Positions 49,809 to 60,441 of a stretch of 64,000 bases of DNA are shown here, in pieces. Positions within the stretch are counted from its first letter, which is position 1. Each line of letters starts with the position of its first letter. The stretch is taken from the NCBI GenBank assembly GCA_045047305.1, contig JASFYO010000007.1:31301-95300 (forward strand). The letters run 5' to 3'. The translations under genes were made by a program, and so were the position numbers. The notes under the pieces were generated by a model, which saw only the letters and a program-made list of their open reading frames with translations, made no database searches and was not told the origin of the DNA. The stretch is from Planctomycetota bacterium (lineage in GTDB: Bacteria; Planctomycetota; UBA1135).

Positions 49809-50578
49809 TACTCTTTGGATCCCGTCGGCACGAAATCGCCAAAACCTGTATTGGCATCAAAGGATTCGGGTGCGTTTGGGTCGTCGAACTCAAGGATGTG
49901 ATAGGTGGCATTTTCTAAACGGAATATGTCTTCCACCAATCCGTCTACCATTTCAAAAGTTACCGTGAGGCGGCCACGAATTTCAATCGTATTGTAGGTG
50001 TAGTCCATTCCATCTTCGTCGGCCAAAGTCACACGCATGATTTCGTTAATTTGCGGTGGCGCACCGAAACAACAACTAAACAAACTTCGTACCAAATGGA
50101 AACTACGAATGTGTTCAAAATCAATGTCCGGCATCATGAATCCGCGCATGATGAACTCCTTTCCATCTAAGGCAAGAATGTAGTCGGGAATCGGGTGCTC
50201 CTCGCGTTCATCTAACTCCCATCCTCCAAGGTCGTGCAGATCGATAACAAAAGGACCGCTTTCTGCCGCTAAGGACTTTTCCAGATTTGCACGACGCTCT
50301 TCCGGAGTCGTAGCTTGGGACCACATTTGCTGCCAGCCTTCGGGCGCTGGAGTCGTGGTGATACGGTCGCGCAAAGAAGAGGGCCTGGCCTCCGTACCAA
50401 TTTGCTCATCCGGCACTTTGGTTTCTTGTATCTCTGCTGCCACTTCGATGCTAGGTAACTCTATTGCCGCTTGTTCGGCGACCTCCTCTTTGGTGCAAGC
50501 CGTGAATGCAGCGAGGCCAAGCGCAAGAAGGCTGGCCCGACAAAAAAACGAGGGACGAGGTAGATGCAAGTTAAACAT
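49805..50578 (-). CDS. DUF3299-family (ZrgD-like) lipoprotein
   Basis: Lipobox FTAC, LDGK...RGFMMP and SCCFGAPPQINE; start set at ATG 50578. Confidence 0.75.
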   Translation of the reverse strand: MFNLHLPRPSFFCRASLLALGLAAFTACTKEEVAEQAAIELPSIEVAAEIQETKVPDEQIGTEARPSSLRDRITTTPAPEGWQQMWSQATTPEERRANLEKSLAAESGPFVIDLHDLGGWELDEREEHPIPDYILALDGKEFIMRGFMMPDIDFEHIRSFHLVRSLFSCCFGAPPQINEIMRVTLADEDGMDYTYNTIEIRGRLTVTFEMVDGLVEDIFRLENATYHILEFDDPNAPESFDANTGFGDFVPTGSKEY

Positions 50579-51893
50579 TGGAGGACAAAATGTGTGCAGC
50601 TTCGGTGCGGTAGGCCGATAGCGCGGGGACAAGTCCGGCAAGCGCGCCTGCCAGGGTAACCGCAATCAACAATTGGAGCTCTGCCATTCCAAAACTAGAG
50701 CTCAGGTTAACACCAGTTTCCGTTTGAACTTTTCCGGATACTGCGTAAATCAAAACCGTCGCTAGTCCAAGGCCTGCCAATCCTCCAAGTAAGGCGAGGA
50801 CTGCTGATTCGCAAGTAACCAAGCCAAGGATAGTGCGACGTCGTGCGCCAAGCGCACGCAGCACCGCAAACTCGCGTCGGCGGGATCCCATGGTGTTATA
50901 AATCGCAACCATCACGCCGATGAGCGCGACCACTACGATGAGTGCGGTGATCCAACGCAACACCAAATCACCGGCTCCCAGAATCGTGAATAAATTGCGA
51001 ACTTCCACGCTTGGGTAAACCGCCATGGTGTCGAGACGATCATTAACAGAACGATAAATACGAGTGCGATAGAAACCCGCCTTAGTGCGCATCATGACTG
51101 CGCTTAGGCCACGTGGGTCTCGCGCACCACCTTCCTTCATGCCCTCAACTGGTCCGTGGCCGTCGAGAACATAGTAGGCCCCAATCGGAATCAAGATGGC
51201 TCGGTCGACTGGCGTTCCTGTTGCCGCAAGAATGCCAACTATTTCTGACTCTCCATCCTTATGCGATTCGGACGCGCCTTCCACGCCATGGGTTGGCTGA
51301 AAATGGTCACCCACCTTTAGGCCAGTGTGTTGGGCGACATCGGCGCCAAGTACTGCACGAAACAATTTGGGATCATGCTCTTCATGAATTTCTTCACCTT
51401 CATGCTCGTGTTCACGCTCCAGCGCTAACTCCGCTTTCAATGCAGCAAAGTCAGAGCGCGCATACTCAAAACCTGTGCCAGAAGTGAAGGTTAGATCTTC
51501 CGTTTCGTTGTGCGCAAGAAGCTTCACGTCGGTGAAGAAGTTACCGGTAATCCCCACGATCCGATGACCGCGATAACTATCCCCAACTGCCAATGGAACC
51601 GACCACAATACTCCCGGAGTATTAGCGATTTCCTGGTATGCCTCAAAGGGTAGGTTGCCCTGGCTTTGGCCCATGTGATACAGAGCATTGAGGGTCAGCT
51701 GCAAACTGGAGCCTTTTGCGCCAACCAACATGTCGCACATGGAGGCCGAGCGTTGGAACCCAGTTTCGCTGGCCTGACGGAGCGCTCCAACCGTGGCAAA
51801 AAGCCCGACTCCAAGTGAGACGGAAAGCCCAGTTAGCCAGGAAGCAAGGCGTCGGCGGCTTAGGTTACGCAGGACTAAGGAGTGGAATCTCAA
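50571..51893 (-). CDS. FtsX/MacB-type ABC permease (ZrgC-like) with a His/Glu-rich loop
   Basis: VGAKGS.LQL.L, GDSYRG.RIVG, GILAATGTPVDR and RRREFAVLRALGA; EREHEHEGEEIHEEHD. Confidence 0.85.
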   Translation of the reverse strand: MRFHSLVLRNLSRRRLASWLTGLSVSLGVGLFATVGALRQASETGFQRSASMCDMLVGAKGSSLQLTLNALYHMGQSQGNLPFEAYQEIANTPGVLWSVPLAVGDSYRGHRIVGITGNFFTDVKLLAHNETEDLTFTSGTGFEYARSDFAALKAELALEREHEHEGEEIHEEHDPKLFRAVLGADVAQHTGLKVGDHFQPTHGVEGASESHKDGESEIVGILAATGTPVDRAILIPIGAYYVLDGHGPVEGMKEGGARDPRGLSAVMMRTKAGFYRTRIYRSVNDRLDTMAVYPSVEVRNLFTILGAGDLVLRWITALIVVVALIGVMVAIYNTMGSRRREFAVLRALGARRRTILGLVTCESAVLALLGGLAGLGLATVLIYAVSGKVQTETGVNLSSSFGMAELQLLIAVTLAGALAGLVPALSAYRTEAAHILSSNV

Positions 51894-52540
51894 CGCAATT
51901 CCTCCACACGGACGGTGCGCTGGAAGGCGTCGGCCACTTCCGAATCATGGGTGGCGCAAACCACTGTAATGCTCTGCTCCTCTGCAGTCCGAAGCATCAA
52001 ATCCAGAACCTGACGACCAGTTTTATGGTCTAGCGCTCCAGTCGGCTCGTCCGCTAACAACACTTTAGGCTTGTTAACGAGCGCTCGAGCGAATGCAACG
52101 CGCGCCTGCTGGCCCACAGAAAGCTGTCCTGGCAAATAGCGCATCCTCTCTTTCAGCCCCACCATCTCCAACAAGGCGGCCGCACGCCCCGGCTCCATGT
52201 GGCCCTTGGCGAACAAGGCGCCCAACTCAACATTTTCCAAGACTGTGTAGCCCTCCAGCAGATGAAAGGTTTGGAACACATATCCGATGTGAGCTGCCCG
52301 AAAACGGTCTCTGCGAGCTTCCGAAAGTTTGGCGAGATCGGTCCCGGCAACCTCTACCACCCCAGAATCTGGAATTAATAGGCCGCTGAGCAGGTTCAAT
52401 AAGGTGGTTTTTCCGGACCCACTCTCGCCCATCAAAGCAACCCGTTCACCAAACTGCAGGCGCCACTCAGCAAAAGCGAGCACCGGCAACGCTTCTGTAG
52501 CGATTTTGTAACTTTTCCGAATGTCCTGAAGGTGAATCAT
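51890..52540 (-). CDS. LolD/ZrgB-like ABC ATPase
   Basis: [19 protein letters not shown] and [10 protein letters not shown]. Confidence 0.88.
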   Translation of the reverse strand: MIHLQDIRKSYKIATEALPVLAFAEWRLQFGERVALMGESGSGKTTLLNLLSGLLIPDSGVVEVAGTDLAKLSEARRDRFRAAHIGYVFQTFHLLEGYTVLENVELGALFAKGHMEPGRAAALLEMVGLKERMRYLPGQLSVGQQARVAFARALVNKPKVLLADEPTGALDHKTGRQVLDLMLRTAEEQSITVVCATHDSEVADAFQRTVRVEELR

Positions 52541-52608
52541 GGGAGAGCGCAATCGCGCTTGAGGTTAGAATACGGAACTCGGGCCACTTTGCTTGCCCCC
52601 TAAAGGAC

Positions 52609-54657
52609 ATGAGTCAGTACAACATTAAGAAATTCGCAGTCATCGGCGCCGGAAACATGGGCTCCGGCATCGCTCAAAAAATCGCCACCGAGGGTCATCC
52701 CTGTATTCTCGTCGACCTCGACGACGAAAAGGTAGAGCGCGGCATAAACATTATTCGTGATCTCCTCGCGCAAGGCGTGGAGCGCAAGGTGTTTCGCCCA
52801 CAACAAGTTGAAAAGATTCTCGCCAACCTACACGGCACCAGCGATTGGTCCGAGTTGGCAGATGTTGATTTGGTGATCGAAGCCGTATTCGAAAATGTCG
52901 ACGTGAAGCGTTCAGTGTTCGAGCGCCTTTCTAAAAACTGCAAGGAGACTGCAATCCTTGCGACAAACACTTCCAGCTTTTACGTCCGTGACTTAGTGAG
53001 TGCGGTCACTCACCCCGAACGGTTAATCGGTTTGCATTACTTCTTTCACCCTGCCAAAAACCGTTTGGTAGAAGTGATTGGTCATGAAGGCACATCACCT
53101 GAAGCTTATGCCGCAGCATGGGCTTCTCAGGAAGGGATTGGCAAAACCCCGATTTGGTCTGCCGACGCCCCTGGTTTTGTAGTCAACCGCTACTTTGTTC
53201 CATGGGTGAACGAAGGCGTACGTTTGTTGGGAGAAGGAGTTGCCAATCTTGCGACCATTGAATGGGCTGCAAAAAAGGCCTTCGGGGTTGGCATGGGTCC
53301 GTTCGAGCTGATGAACGTAACTGGCGTTCCGATTTCCATGCACGCTGCAAACACTCTTGGCCAGACCCTTGGCCCCTTTTACGCGCCCGGACAAGCATTG
53401 ATTGATTTTTGCGCGACCGGAAAACAAAACTGGAGCCTCGAAGGCGAAGTCGACGAGAGCAAGTACGACGTCATCGCTGACCGCATGTTGGGCGTTACCT
53501 TTTATGTAGCTGCACAACTGGTAGAGGAAGGTGTTGCTTCGGTAGAAGACACCGATATCGGCGCACGCGTTGGGTTACGCTGGCCGGTCGGCCCATTCGA
53601 GCTACTAAACAAAACCGGTGTGGAACGCTCACGGGCACTCGCCGAAGCCATTTCTGCCAACTACGGCCTAAAGCTTCCGCAAATCCTGGTAAAGGCCGAG
53701 AGCCATGGCATTCCCATCGAATTGGTTTCCCTGTCTGATGTCGGCGGCGTGGAAGAAGTTCGCTTCAACCGCCCGGCCGCAATGAACGCATTGGACAATA
53801 CTATGTTCATTCAGTTCGACGGCAAGTTGCAACTTGCACGCGCCACCGGAAAGCCGTTCATACTGCGCGGAACTGGGAAAGCATTTGTTGCAGGCGCCGA
53901 CATCAAGTTCTTCGTCGATTCCCTTAATGCCGACAACTACCCAGCGATTGCAGAGTTCGCGGGATACGGCCAAAAGTTGTTTGCAACTCTAGCTGGTGGT
54001 GACTGTGCAACCGTTTCTCGTCTGCATGGCCTAGCTCTTGGCGGCGGCGCTGAAATGGCCATCTCCACGGATTACATTGTTACCTCACCAAGCGCGGTAC
54101 TCGGCTTCCCAGAAACCGGCATTGGCATATTCCCAGGCCTTGGCGGAACGCAACGTCTGCCTCGTCGCATCGGTTACCCGTTTGCAAAGTACTTACTTTA
54201 CACCGGTCAAATGCTGGACGCGCGCACTGCACTTGCAATTGGCCTCGTCGATGAGGTTGCTGACTTTGCAAGCCTCGATGCTTGCTGCAAAAAGTGGGCC
54301 TTGAAGAAATCAAGCGAAGGGCACGAGGCTCCGACCTCTTGTACCTTTGAAAAAATGCAGGCTGTTTGGGATTTCTTTGACCAATACAGCGTAGACGAAA
54401 TCTTGTCTGGAGAAGCCGATTGCATGGGCGACCCAGGGCTGGAGAAGGCCGTCAAGCGCATGAGCCAAAAGTCTTACCACGCGTTAAAACTTTGCGAAGC
54501 CTTGTTCCTGGAGGGCGCTCACCTAGAGCTCGATCGCGCACTGGAGTTGGAAGCGCGCGACTTGTCCACCGCCTTCAACCATGCCGACGCGTTGGAGGGC
54601 CTTAGTGCTTTACTGGAAGGGCGTCGGCCAAGCTTCCAGCAGCCGGCCTTCGCTTAA
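52609..54657 (+). CDS. 3-hydroxyacyl-CoA dehydrogenase / enoyl-CoA hydratase fusion (HAD N-terminal)
   Basis: GAGNMGSG, EAVFE, ATNTSS, HYFFHP..N.LVE and PGFVVNR, then NRP...NAL, AFVAGADI, LGGGAE, PE.GIGIFPGLGGTQRL. Confidence 0.9.
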   Translation: MSQYNIKKFAVIGAGNMGSGIAQKIATEGHPCILVDLDDEKVERGINIIRDLLAQGVERKVFRPQQVEKILANLHGTSDWSELADVDLVIEAVFENVDVKRSVFERLSKNCKETAILATNTSSFYVRDLVSAVTHPERLIGLHYFFHPAKNRLVEVIGHEGTSPEAYAAAWASQEGIGKTPIWSADAPGFVVNRYFVPWVNEGVRLLGEGVANLATIEWAAKKAFGVGMGPFELMNVTGVPISMHAANTLGQTLGPFYAPGQALIDFCATGKQNWSLEGEVDESKYDVIADRMLGVTFYVAAQLVEEGVASVEDTDIGARVGLRWPVGPFELLNKTGVERSRALAEAISANYGLKLPQILVKAESHGIPIELVSLSDVGGVEEVRFNRPAAMNALDNTMFIQFDGKLQLARATGKPFILRGTGKAFVAGADIKFFVDSLNADNYPAIAEFAGYGQKLFATLAGGDCATVSRLHGLALGGGAEMAISTDYIVTSPSAVLGFPETGIGIFPGLGGTQRLPRRIGYPFAKYLLYTGQMLDARTALAIGLVDEVADFASLDACCKKWALKKSSEGHEAPTSCTFEKMQAVWDFFDQYSVDEILSGEADCMGDPGLEKAVKRMSQKSYHALKLCEALFLEGAHLELDRALELEARDLSTAFNHADALEGLSALLEGRRPSFQQPAFA

Positions 54658-55349
54658 GGCTTCACTGCTTGATGACGGGTTGCGCCATCCGACGCAATCC
54701 GTCCATCTAGCATACGTATGACGCGGTTAGTGCGCTCCGCCAAACCTTCATCGTGCGTGACGACGATTACCGTTGTCCCTTCTTGATTCAGCTCTTCAAG
54801 AAGCTCCACGATTTGCCGACCCGATTCGGAATCTAGATTTCCAGTTGGCTCATCCGCAAGTAATACCCCCGGGTGATTTGCCAACGCCCGAGCGATTGCC
54901 ACCCTTTGTTGCTGTCCCCCAGAGAGTTCCGCGGGTTTGTGGTTTGCTCGATCCGTCAGGCCAACTCGTTGCAACAACTCCGAGGCTCGCCTTTTCTGCT
55001 CCGCGAGCGGGGTGCGCGCAAAACGCATGGGCATCATGACGTTTTGCAATGCGCTGGACCGCGGCAAAAGATGGAAGCGTTGGAAGACGAAGCCAATATC
55101 GCGATTGCGTAACTTTGCCTTTGCTTCAATTTTAAAACCCCCGACATCCTTGCCCTTAAAAAGATAGGTGCCGGAAGTCGGCGTGTCGAGGCATCCAAGC
55201 AAATGCATCAATGTTGATTTCCCTGAACCCGAAGGGCCAAGGATCGAAAGATATTCTCCCTTCTCGATATGCAGGTTGATCTCGCGCAAAGCGTGTACCT
55301 GAGTTTCGCCTTGTTGATATACCCGGCAAATTTGTTGCATCGTAATCAT
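54654..55349 (-). CDS. MacB/LolD-like ABC ATPase
   Basis: [34 protein letters not shown] and ADEPTGNLD. Confidence 0.9.
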   Translation of the reverse strand: MITMQQICRVYQQGETQVHALREINLHIEKGEYLSILGPSGSGKSTLMHLLGCLDTPTSGTYLFKGKDVGGFKIEAKAKLRNRDIGFVFQRFHLLPRSSALQNVMMPMRFARTPLAEQKRRASELLQRVGLTDRANHKPAELSGGQQQRVAIARALANHPGVLLADEPTGNLDSESGRQIVELLEELNQEGTTVIVVTHDEGLAERTNRVIRMLDGRIASDGATRHQAVKP

Positions 55350-55351
55350 GT

Positions 55352-56593
55352 TCAATCTTCTCTCAAGGTTTCAATGGGATCTAGCATTGCGGCGCGTTTG
55401 GCTGGAAACCATCCAGCAACACAACCAGCTGTGGTAAGAATAAATAGAACCCCAAGAGTGAGCCCCCACGACATCTCAGGGTATCCCATATAAGCACGCG
55501 CCTCTGGGTCTATAGGAATCAATGCAATGGAATAAAAGGCACCGATACAAAAAAGAATGCCAACCACGCCACCAGCGAGCGTCACAAGCACGGCTTCGGA
55601 TAAGCATTCGCGCATGATTAACCCTGGCGAGGCTCCAAGCGCCATGCGCACTCCTATTTCTTTACTGCGCTCTTCCACTAAAACGTACATCACATTCATC
55701 ACCCCGAGAACCGAAACGAGAAGACCGAAAAAACCAACAATGCCGTTGAAGTAACGGTTGCCATCTAGCATTCCGTCAATTCGATCGGTAATCTGCATAT
55801 AGTCCTGAATGTCCAAAGCATCGTTATCAGTTGGGTCAAACCGGTGGCGCGCACCCATGATTTTATAAATGGAATCAAACGCTTGTTGCTTTTGCTTCTT
55901 GTTCTTCAGGCCTACCATAATGAAGCTGGGGTCACGCCAACCCTTTATCTCCTGAAAAGCCGTATATGGAATGCTCACTTTTTCACGGTCATCGCCGTTA
56001 TATCCAGAGATAGAAACCATTGGCTTGCGTACTCCGACGACCAAAAATGGTGTTCCATGAATGCTTACTCTTTTCCCAACTGGATTTACCTCGCCAAATA
56101 AACGTTGCTTTGTTTTATGTCCAAGAAAACAAACATGCCGGTGTTGGTCGACATCAGATTGATTGATAAACCTTCCCCCTGGTTGTGGATCCACTCCGCG
56201 GAGCTTTTGAAATTGTGGACCACATCCAGATAGAGAAACATTCAAATGGACTTGTTCAAAGGAAATCGGGTTAACCGCACCACTTGAAAATTCAATCGCA
56301 ACCGCTTGGGCCTGAGTTAAACCTTCTCGCAAGGCTTGTGCGTCTTTCTCGGTCAATGGAATTGCACGACCCGCCGCAAGCCCCTGAAAGGCGATGGTCG
56401 TTGAGCCTCCGCTAATTCGAATCAGGTCTTCACCAAAATTGTTAATCGTTTGATGCGTCGCAACTACAAAACTATTTCCAAATGCAACCAATAAGGTTAG
56501 CGACATGGTTCCCCATGCGACCCCCAAGGCTACCCAGAATACGCGACGCCTCTCGCTCCAAAGTTCTCGTAGCTGTTCCCTTAAAAAACCCAT
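55352..56593 (-). CDS. MacB-type ABC permease
   Basis: GVAWG, GRFINQ.D, GVMNVM...V.ER..EIGVRMALGA and PAKRAA.LDPI. Confidence 0.88.
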   Translation of the reverse strand: MGFLREQLRELWSERRRVFWVALGVAWGTMSLTLLVAFGNSFVVATHQTINNFGEDLIRISGGSTTIAFQGLAAGRAIPLTEKDAQALREGLTQAQAVAIEFSSGAVNPISFEQVHLNVSLSGCGPQFQKLRGVDPQPGGRFINQSDVDQHRHVCFLGHKTKQRLFGEVNPVGKRVSIHGTPFLVVGVRKPMVSISGYNGDDREKVSIPYTAFQEIKGWRDPSFIMVGLKNKKQKQQAFDSIYKIMGARHRFDPTDNDALDIQDYMQITDRIDGMLDGNRYFNGIVGFFGLLVSVLGVMNVMYVLVEERSKEIGVRMALGASPGLIMRECLSEAVLVTLAGGVVGILFCIGAFYSIALIPIDPEARAYMGYPEMSWGLTLGVLFILTTAGCVAGWFPAKRAAMLDPIETLRED

Positions 56594-57820
56594 CTAGCTA
56601 GCCAAGGCCTGAACCGGGTCTAATTGGGCGGCTCGTCGGGCTGGAAAAAATCCAGCAACCAAACCGACAAGAGAAAGCAAACCAACGGTTCCAAGCGCCA
56701 CCAACCCTGAGATTTGAGGAACGCCAACTGCTTCCGTGATTGGAGTTAGCGCAATCAATGCCGTAACGCCCCAGGCGCCGAAAAAGCCAAGCAAACCGCC
56801 CGCTGCAACTAATAAAAAGGACTGTGTCAATACTTCCATCAAAATCCATCGGGGAAGGGCACCCAGCGCCATTTGAATTCCAATTTCTTGTGTTCGGCGA
56901 CGAACAAGCACAAACATGAGATTGCCGACCCCTAGACCTCCAACCAATAAAGTTAGAGTGCCAGCAAATGCTGTCATCAAACGCATCGCTGTGAAAATGG
57001 TATCTCGAATTTTATCGCCTTCAGTCGTATCCCATATGTTCAGTGCGTCGACGTCGCTTGGGTCAAATCCAAGACGTCGGCTAAGAGTTTCATATACACC
57101 CCGCACAACCGCCTCTGTGTTTTTGCGATCCAGCGCAGTAAATACGAAGTCGTCAACGAAGCGATCGCCAAACAATCGGCGGTAGGTGGATGCAGGAATA
57201 CAAATGCGCGATTCGTCACGTCCACCATAATCGCTATCTTGAAGTTTAGGCTCTAAAACTCCAATGACGAGGAATGGCGACCCACCCATCACTACCTGTT
57301 CCCCGACAGCATTCGCAGATCCAAAAAGTTGGTGCTTAATCCGATCGCCTAGAAACATGACGCGCCGGCCAAGGCCTTGATCCTCTTCGTTTATAAAGCG
57401 GCCACCGGACTGAACCCCCATAGCGCGGATTTCTCCATATTCCGGAAAGACACCGTTTAGGCTGGTGCGGAAAATCGCTTGGCCAATTTGAACTTGCTCG
57501 GAGCGAGAATATTCCGCACTCACCGCGCCAATTCCAGGAACCTCCTCGCCCAAGGCAACGATATCTTCATCGGTTGCCAACAGCTGCCTTCCCTCTGGAA
57601 AGCCTTTCCATGGAAGTGTTGTCTTATTAATCCAACCAACAACTACGCCATCGCCCATGCCTTGCGCGCGTTCTGTCATTTGAACTTCTAAACCGACACT
57701 GAATGCAAGCATGGAAACCACCGCAAAGGTGCCCCAGCCAACTCCCATCAAAGTAGAGAGGGTGCGTCCGCGCTGCTCGTTGAGGCTGATTAGCCAATCG
57801 CTAAAGGATGTCGTCCACAT
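56594..57820 (-). CDS. MacB-type ABC permease (second paralog)
   Basis: GVGWG, GRFINE.D, GVGNLM...RT.EIGI.MALGA and PARRAAQLDPV. Confidence 0.88.
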   Translation of the reverse strand: MWTTSFSDWLISLNEQRGRTLSTLMGVGWGTFAVVSMLAFSVGLEVQMTERAQGMGDGVVVGWINKTTLPWKGFPEGRQLLATDEDIVALGEEVPGIGAVSAEYSRSEQVQIGQAIFRTSLNGVFPEYGEIRAMGVQSGGRFINEEDQGLGRRVMFLGDRIKHQLFGSANAVGEQVVMGGSPFLVIGVLEPKLQDSDYGGRDESRICIPASTYRRLFGDRFVDDFVFTALDRKNTEAVVRGVYETLSRRLGFDPSDVDALNIWDTTEGDKIRDTIFTAMRLMTAFAGTLTLLVGGLGVGNLMFVLVRRRTQEIGIQMALGALPRWILMEVLTQSFLLVAAGGLLGFFGAWGVTALIALTPITEAVGVPQISGLVALGTVGLLSLVGLVAGFFPARRAAQLDPVQALAS

Positions 57821-57829
57821 GAATGCGAT

Positions 57830-58900
57830 TTAGTAATTGCGCTCGAGAACTTCTTCCCCTTCAACCAAGCCGGAAAGAACTTCGATTTGTAAACCATTAC
57901 TCAGTCCAGTTTGGATAGGGATTTCTTGTACTTCACTTGCTGCGCCCATGCGCAAAACGAAGGCCTTTCCATCACGGAACTCCACCACTCTTTCTGGGAG
58001 AGTTAACACATCAGCAGCTTCCTGGACCCGAATGTTTGCCACCGCTGAGTAGCCGGAACGCAAAACGAGATCTTCGGGAGGCGTAACATCCATTTCGACC
58101 GAAAACACTACAGCATTATTCTTTGACTCCGCGCGAAGGGATATTTCAGTAAGAGTTGCGCTTAACTCCACTCCTGGGCGCGCACCCAAAGTTAAAAACC
58201 CCGGCATGCCCACTCGCAAGCGACCGACGTCTATCTCATCCACGGTCCCGCGGAAAACTGGATGATCTAAATCTGCTAGTGTGACCAGAATAGTTCCAGC
58301 GCCAAAGGTGCTCGCTGGCACAACAGGTTCGCCAACCTCTAAATCTTCTGCTATCACATGACCTTCGATTGGCGAGCGAACTAAAAAGTCAATCTTTCGC
58401 CCGTCCATTTCTACTTCTCCGTTCAGAAGCAACTCCAATTGCGCTTCTGCATCGGTACGTGCCCGATCGGCAGACTCCTGCATCCGCTCCATATTCTTGC
58501 CTCCTTGAATCAGCCACAGCGCCCAACCGGCAACATTTTCCCCACTAGCCATTTCCTCCGCACTATCTGCCGCTTGATGGGCCGCCATTAAGGACCGCTC
58601 TGCCTGAAAGCGTTGGAGTTCGGTCAAAATAGGCCGAACCTCAAATAACGGATCTCCCTTTTGAACGTATTGACCAAGTTTCACAAACTTGCGCGTAATG
58701 ATTCCACCCGAATATGCGGTGACTGGAACTTCAAAGCGTGCTTCCACTTTCCCCACCGCAACGGCGTCAATGTGAATCGATCCCCGGGAAACAACCACGG
58801 TGGGGCGATTTCCTTTCTCCCTTTTTCCGTCCCCCAGGAAATAACTCGCTATAAAAACTAGGATAACCAAGACTGCGAGAACAAAAAGGGGCTTTTTCAT
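57830..58900 (-). CDS. Efflux periplasmic adaptor (MacA/HlyD-like)
   Basis: N-terminal TM, G.YVQKGD.L, VRSPIEG, VDEID and LRSGYSA. Confidence 0.85.
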   Translation of the reverse strand: MKKPLFVLAVLVILVFIASYFLGDGKREKGNRPTVVVSRGSIHIDAVAVGKVEARFEVPVTAYSGGIITRKFVKLGQYVQKGDPLFEVRPILTELQRFQAERSLMAAHQAADSAEEMASGENVAGWALWLIQGGKNMERMQESADRARTDAEAQLELLLNGEVEMDGRKIDFLVRSPIEGHVIAEDLEVGEPVVPASTFGAGTILVTLADLDHPVFRGTVDEIDVGRLRVGMPGFLTLGARPGVELSATLTEISLRAESKNNAVVFSVEMDVTPPEDLVLRSGYSAVANIRVQEAADVLTLPERVVEFRDGKAFVLRMGAASEVQEIPIQTGLSNGLQIEVLSGLVEGEEVLERNY

Positions 58901-58903
58901 GGG

Positions 58904-59545
58904 CTAGGGAGCAAGTCGTTCGACAATCCAGTCGGAGCTCACATCTGGTCTACGGTAACAAAACCGATCGTGCAGGCGATTTTCTCGACCTTGCCAGAAT
59001 TCCATACTGTCTGGGACAATCCGGTAGCCACCCCATTTCTCGGGCATGGGTATTTCTCCACCTGCTAACTTATGAATTGCGGCGCGCAGCTTCCCTTCCA
59101 ACATGCGGCGTGAAGTAATGACGGAACTTTGTGGAGAAATCCAGGCGCCTAACTGACTGCCCCTTGGACGCGTGGCGAAATATTTCATGGACTCCACCTT
59201 TGAAATCTTTTTCGCTATTCCAGTAATTTTAATTTGCCGCTCTAGGGGCAACCAATGACATAACATTCCAACCTGAGGATTCTCTTCTATTTGCTTTGCC
59301 TTCTTGCTTGCATAATTGGTAAAGAAAACAAATCCTTCTTGATCAAAGAGCTTAAGCAAAACCGTGCGCACCGAAGGGGCCCCCGCCGCTGACGCCGTTG
59401 CCAAGCTGAAAGCGCTCGGGTCCTGCAGCCCCGCATCGCAGGCTTGCTGAAACCAAAGCTCAAACTGAGCCATGGGATCCTTTTTCAAATCCTCACGCTT
59501 CAACCCAGTTTGACTATATTCCCGCCGCAGTTCGCTTAAGTCCAT
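58904..59545 (-). CDS. pdxH: Pyridoxine/pyridoxamine 5'-phosphate oxidase
   Basis: LRREY, R.VLLK, FFTNYASKK, RPRGSQLGAW and EFWQGR.NRLHDR. Confidence 0.95.
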   Translation of the reverse strand: MDLSELRREYSQTGLKREDLKKDPMAQFELWFQQACDAGLQDPSAFSLATASAAGAPSVRTVLLKLFDQEGFVFFTNYASKKAKQIEENPQVGMLCHWLPLERQIKITGIAKKISKVESMKYFATRPRGSQLGAWISPQSSVITSRRMLEGKLRAAIHKLAGGEIPMPEKWGGYRIVPDSMEFWQGRENRLHDRFCYRRPDVSSDWIVERLAP

Positions 59546-59637
59546 GACTTCTGATTCTCGCGCATTTCCTTGATGCTTGCCAGTTGAAGTCTCCAAAACT
59601 ACTCCTTTTTTATGGCCCCTTTCTCTAAAGTAAGGGC

Positions 59638-60382
59638 ATGGACTCCTCTCTCGCCGCGCCGCGCTACGACAGGCTAGTCATTCTGACTACGATTTTTGCC
59701 CTTGTTCTCCGCTTTTGGGGCCTTGGCGAGCGCTCGTTTTGGGTGGATGAAATCTTCACGCTAGATGTTATCGCGCCAAGTTGGGGTGGACTAATGCAAC
59801 GCGCTGCAGCGCTCAACGACGCACCGCTGTTCTATCTTTTAGTCCGCCCATTTCATTTACTTTTTGGGGGAGAATTTGGCCTTCGGATTTTTTCTGTTCT
59901 TTGCGGAACAGCAACGATTCCACTCGTTTACCAACTCGGCAAAATTATTTTTTCATCCAAGGTCGGTCGTCTCGCTGCCTTGTTTTTGGCAATCTCCCCT
60001 TTCCACCTTTGGTTTTCTCAGGAAGCACGACTCTATTCCCTTCTAATCCTTTTGTGGACGGGTTCCACTTTAGTCTTCCTACAGCTTAAGGAGAATGAAA
60101 ACCCCGGCCGATGGATTATTTACACCGTTCTACTTACCCTCTGCCTGTACACCAAGGTCCTTTCCGTTTTCCTATTCGCTACTCATTTTCTCATTTGGAT
60201 TAGCTTTCGCCGTCAAACGAATTGGGCTCCATGGAAGCCTTTTGCGGCTTGGTTTGTCGCTCTTCTCCTATTCGCTCCGATTGTGCCAATGCTCACACAA
60301 GGCTTGGCCGAAGGTGGGGGCTCCCCACGCGGCCCAAGCTTACTGGAGCTGCCCTATACACTTTATTCCTTAGTAGCTGGCT
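59638..60382 (+). pseudogene. GT-C (PMT/GT39/GT83-like) glycosyltransferase, 5' fragment interrupted by IS3
   Basis: SFWVDE, PLFYLL, LRIFSV and SPFHLWFSQEARLYSL; the ORF runs into the IS left inverted repeat. Confidence 0.8.
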
Positions 60383-60441
60383 TGACCTTCCCCCCGAAAA
60401 GTGGACACATGCGCTAGTCTAATTGGCTGGCCATTGTCCTC

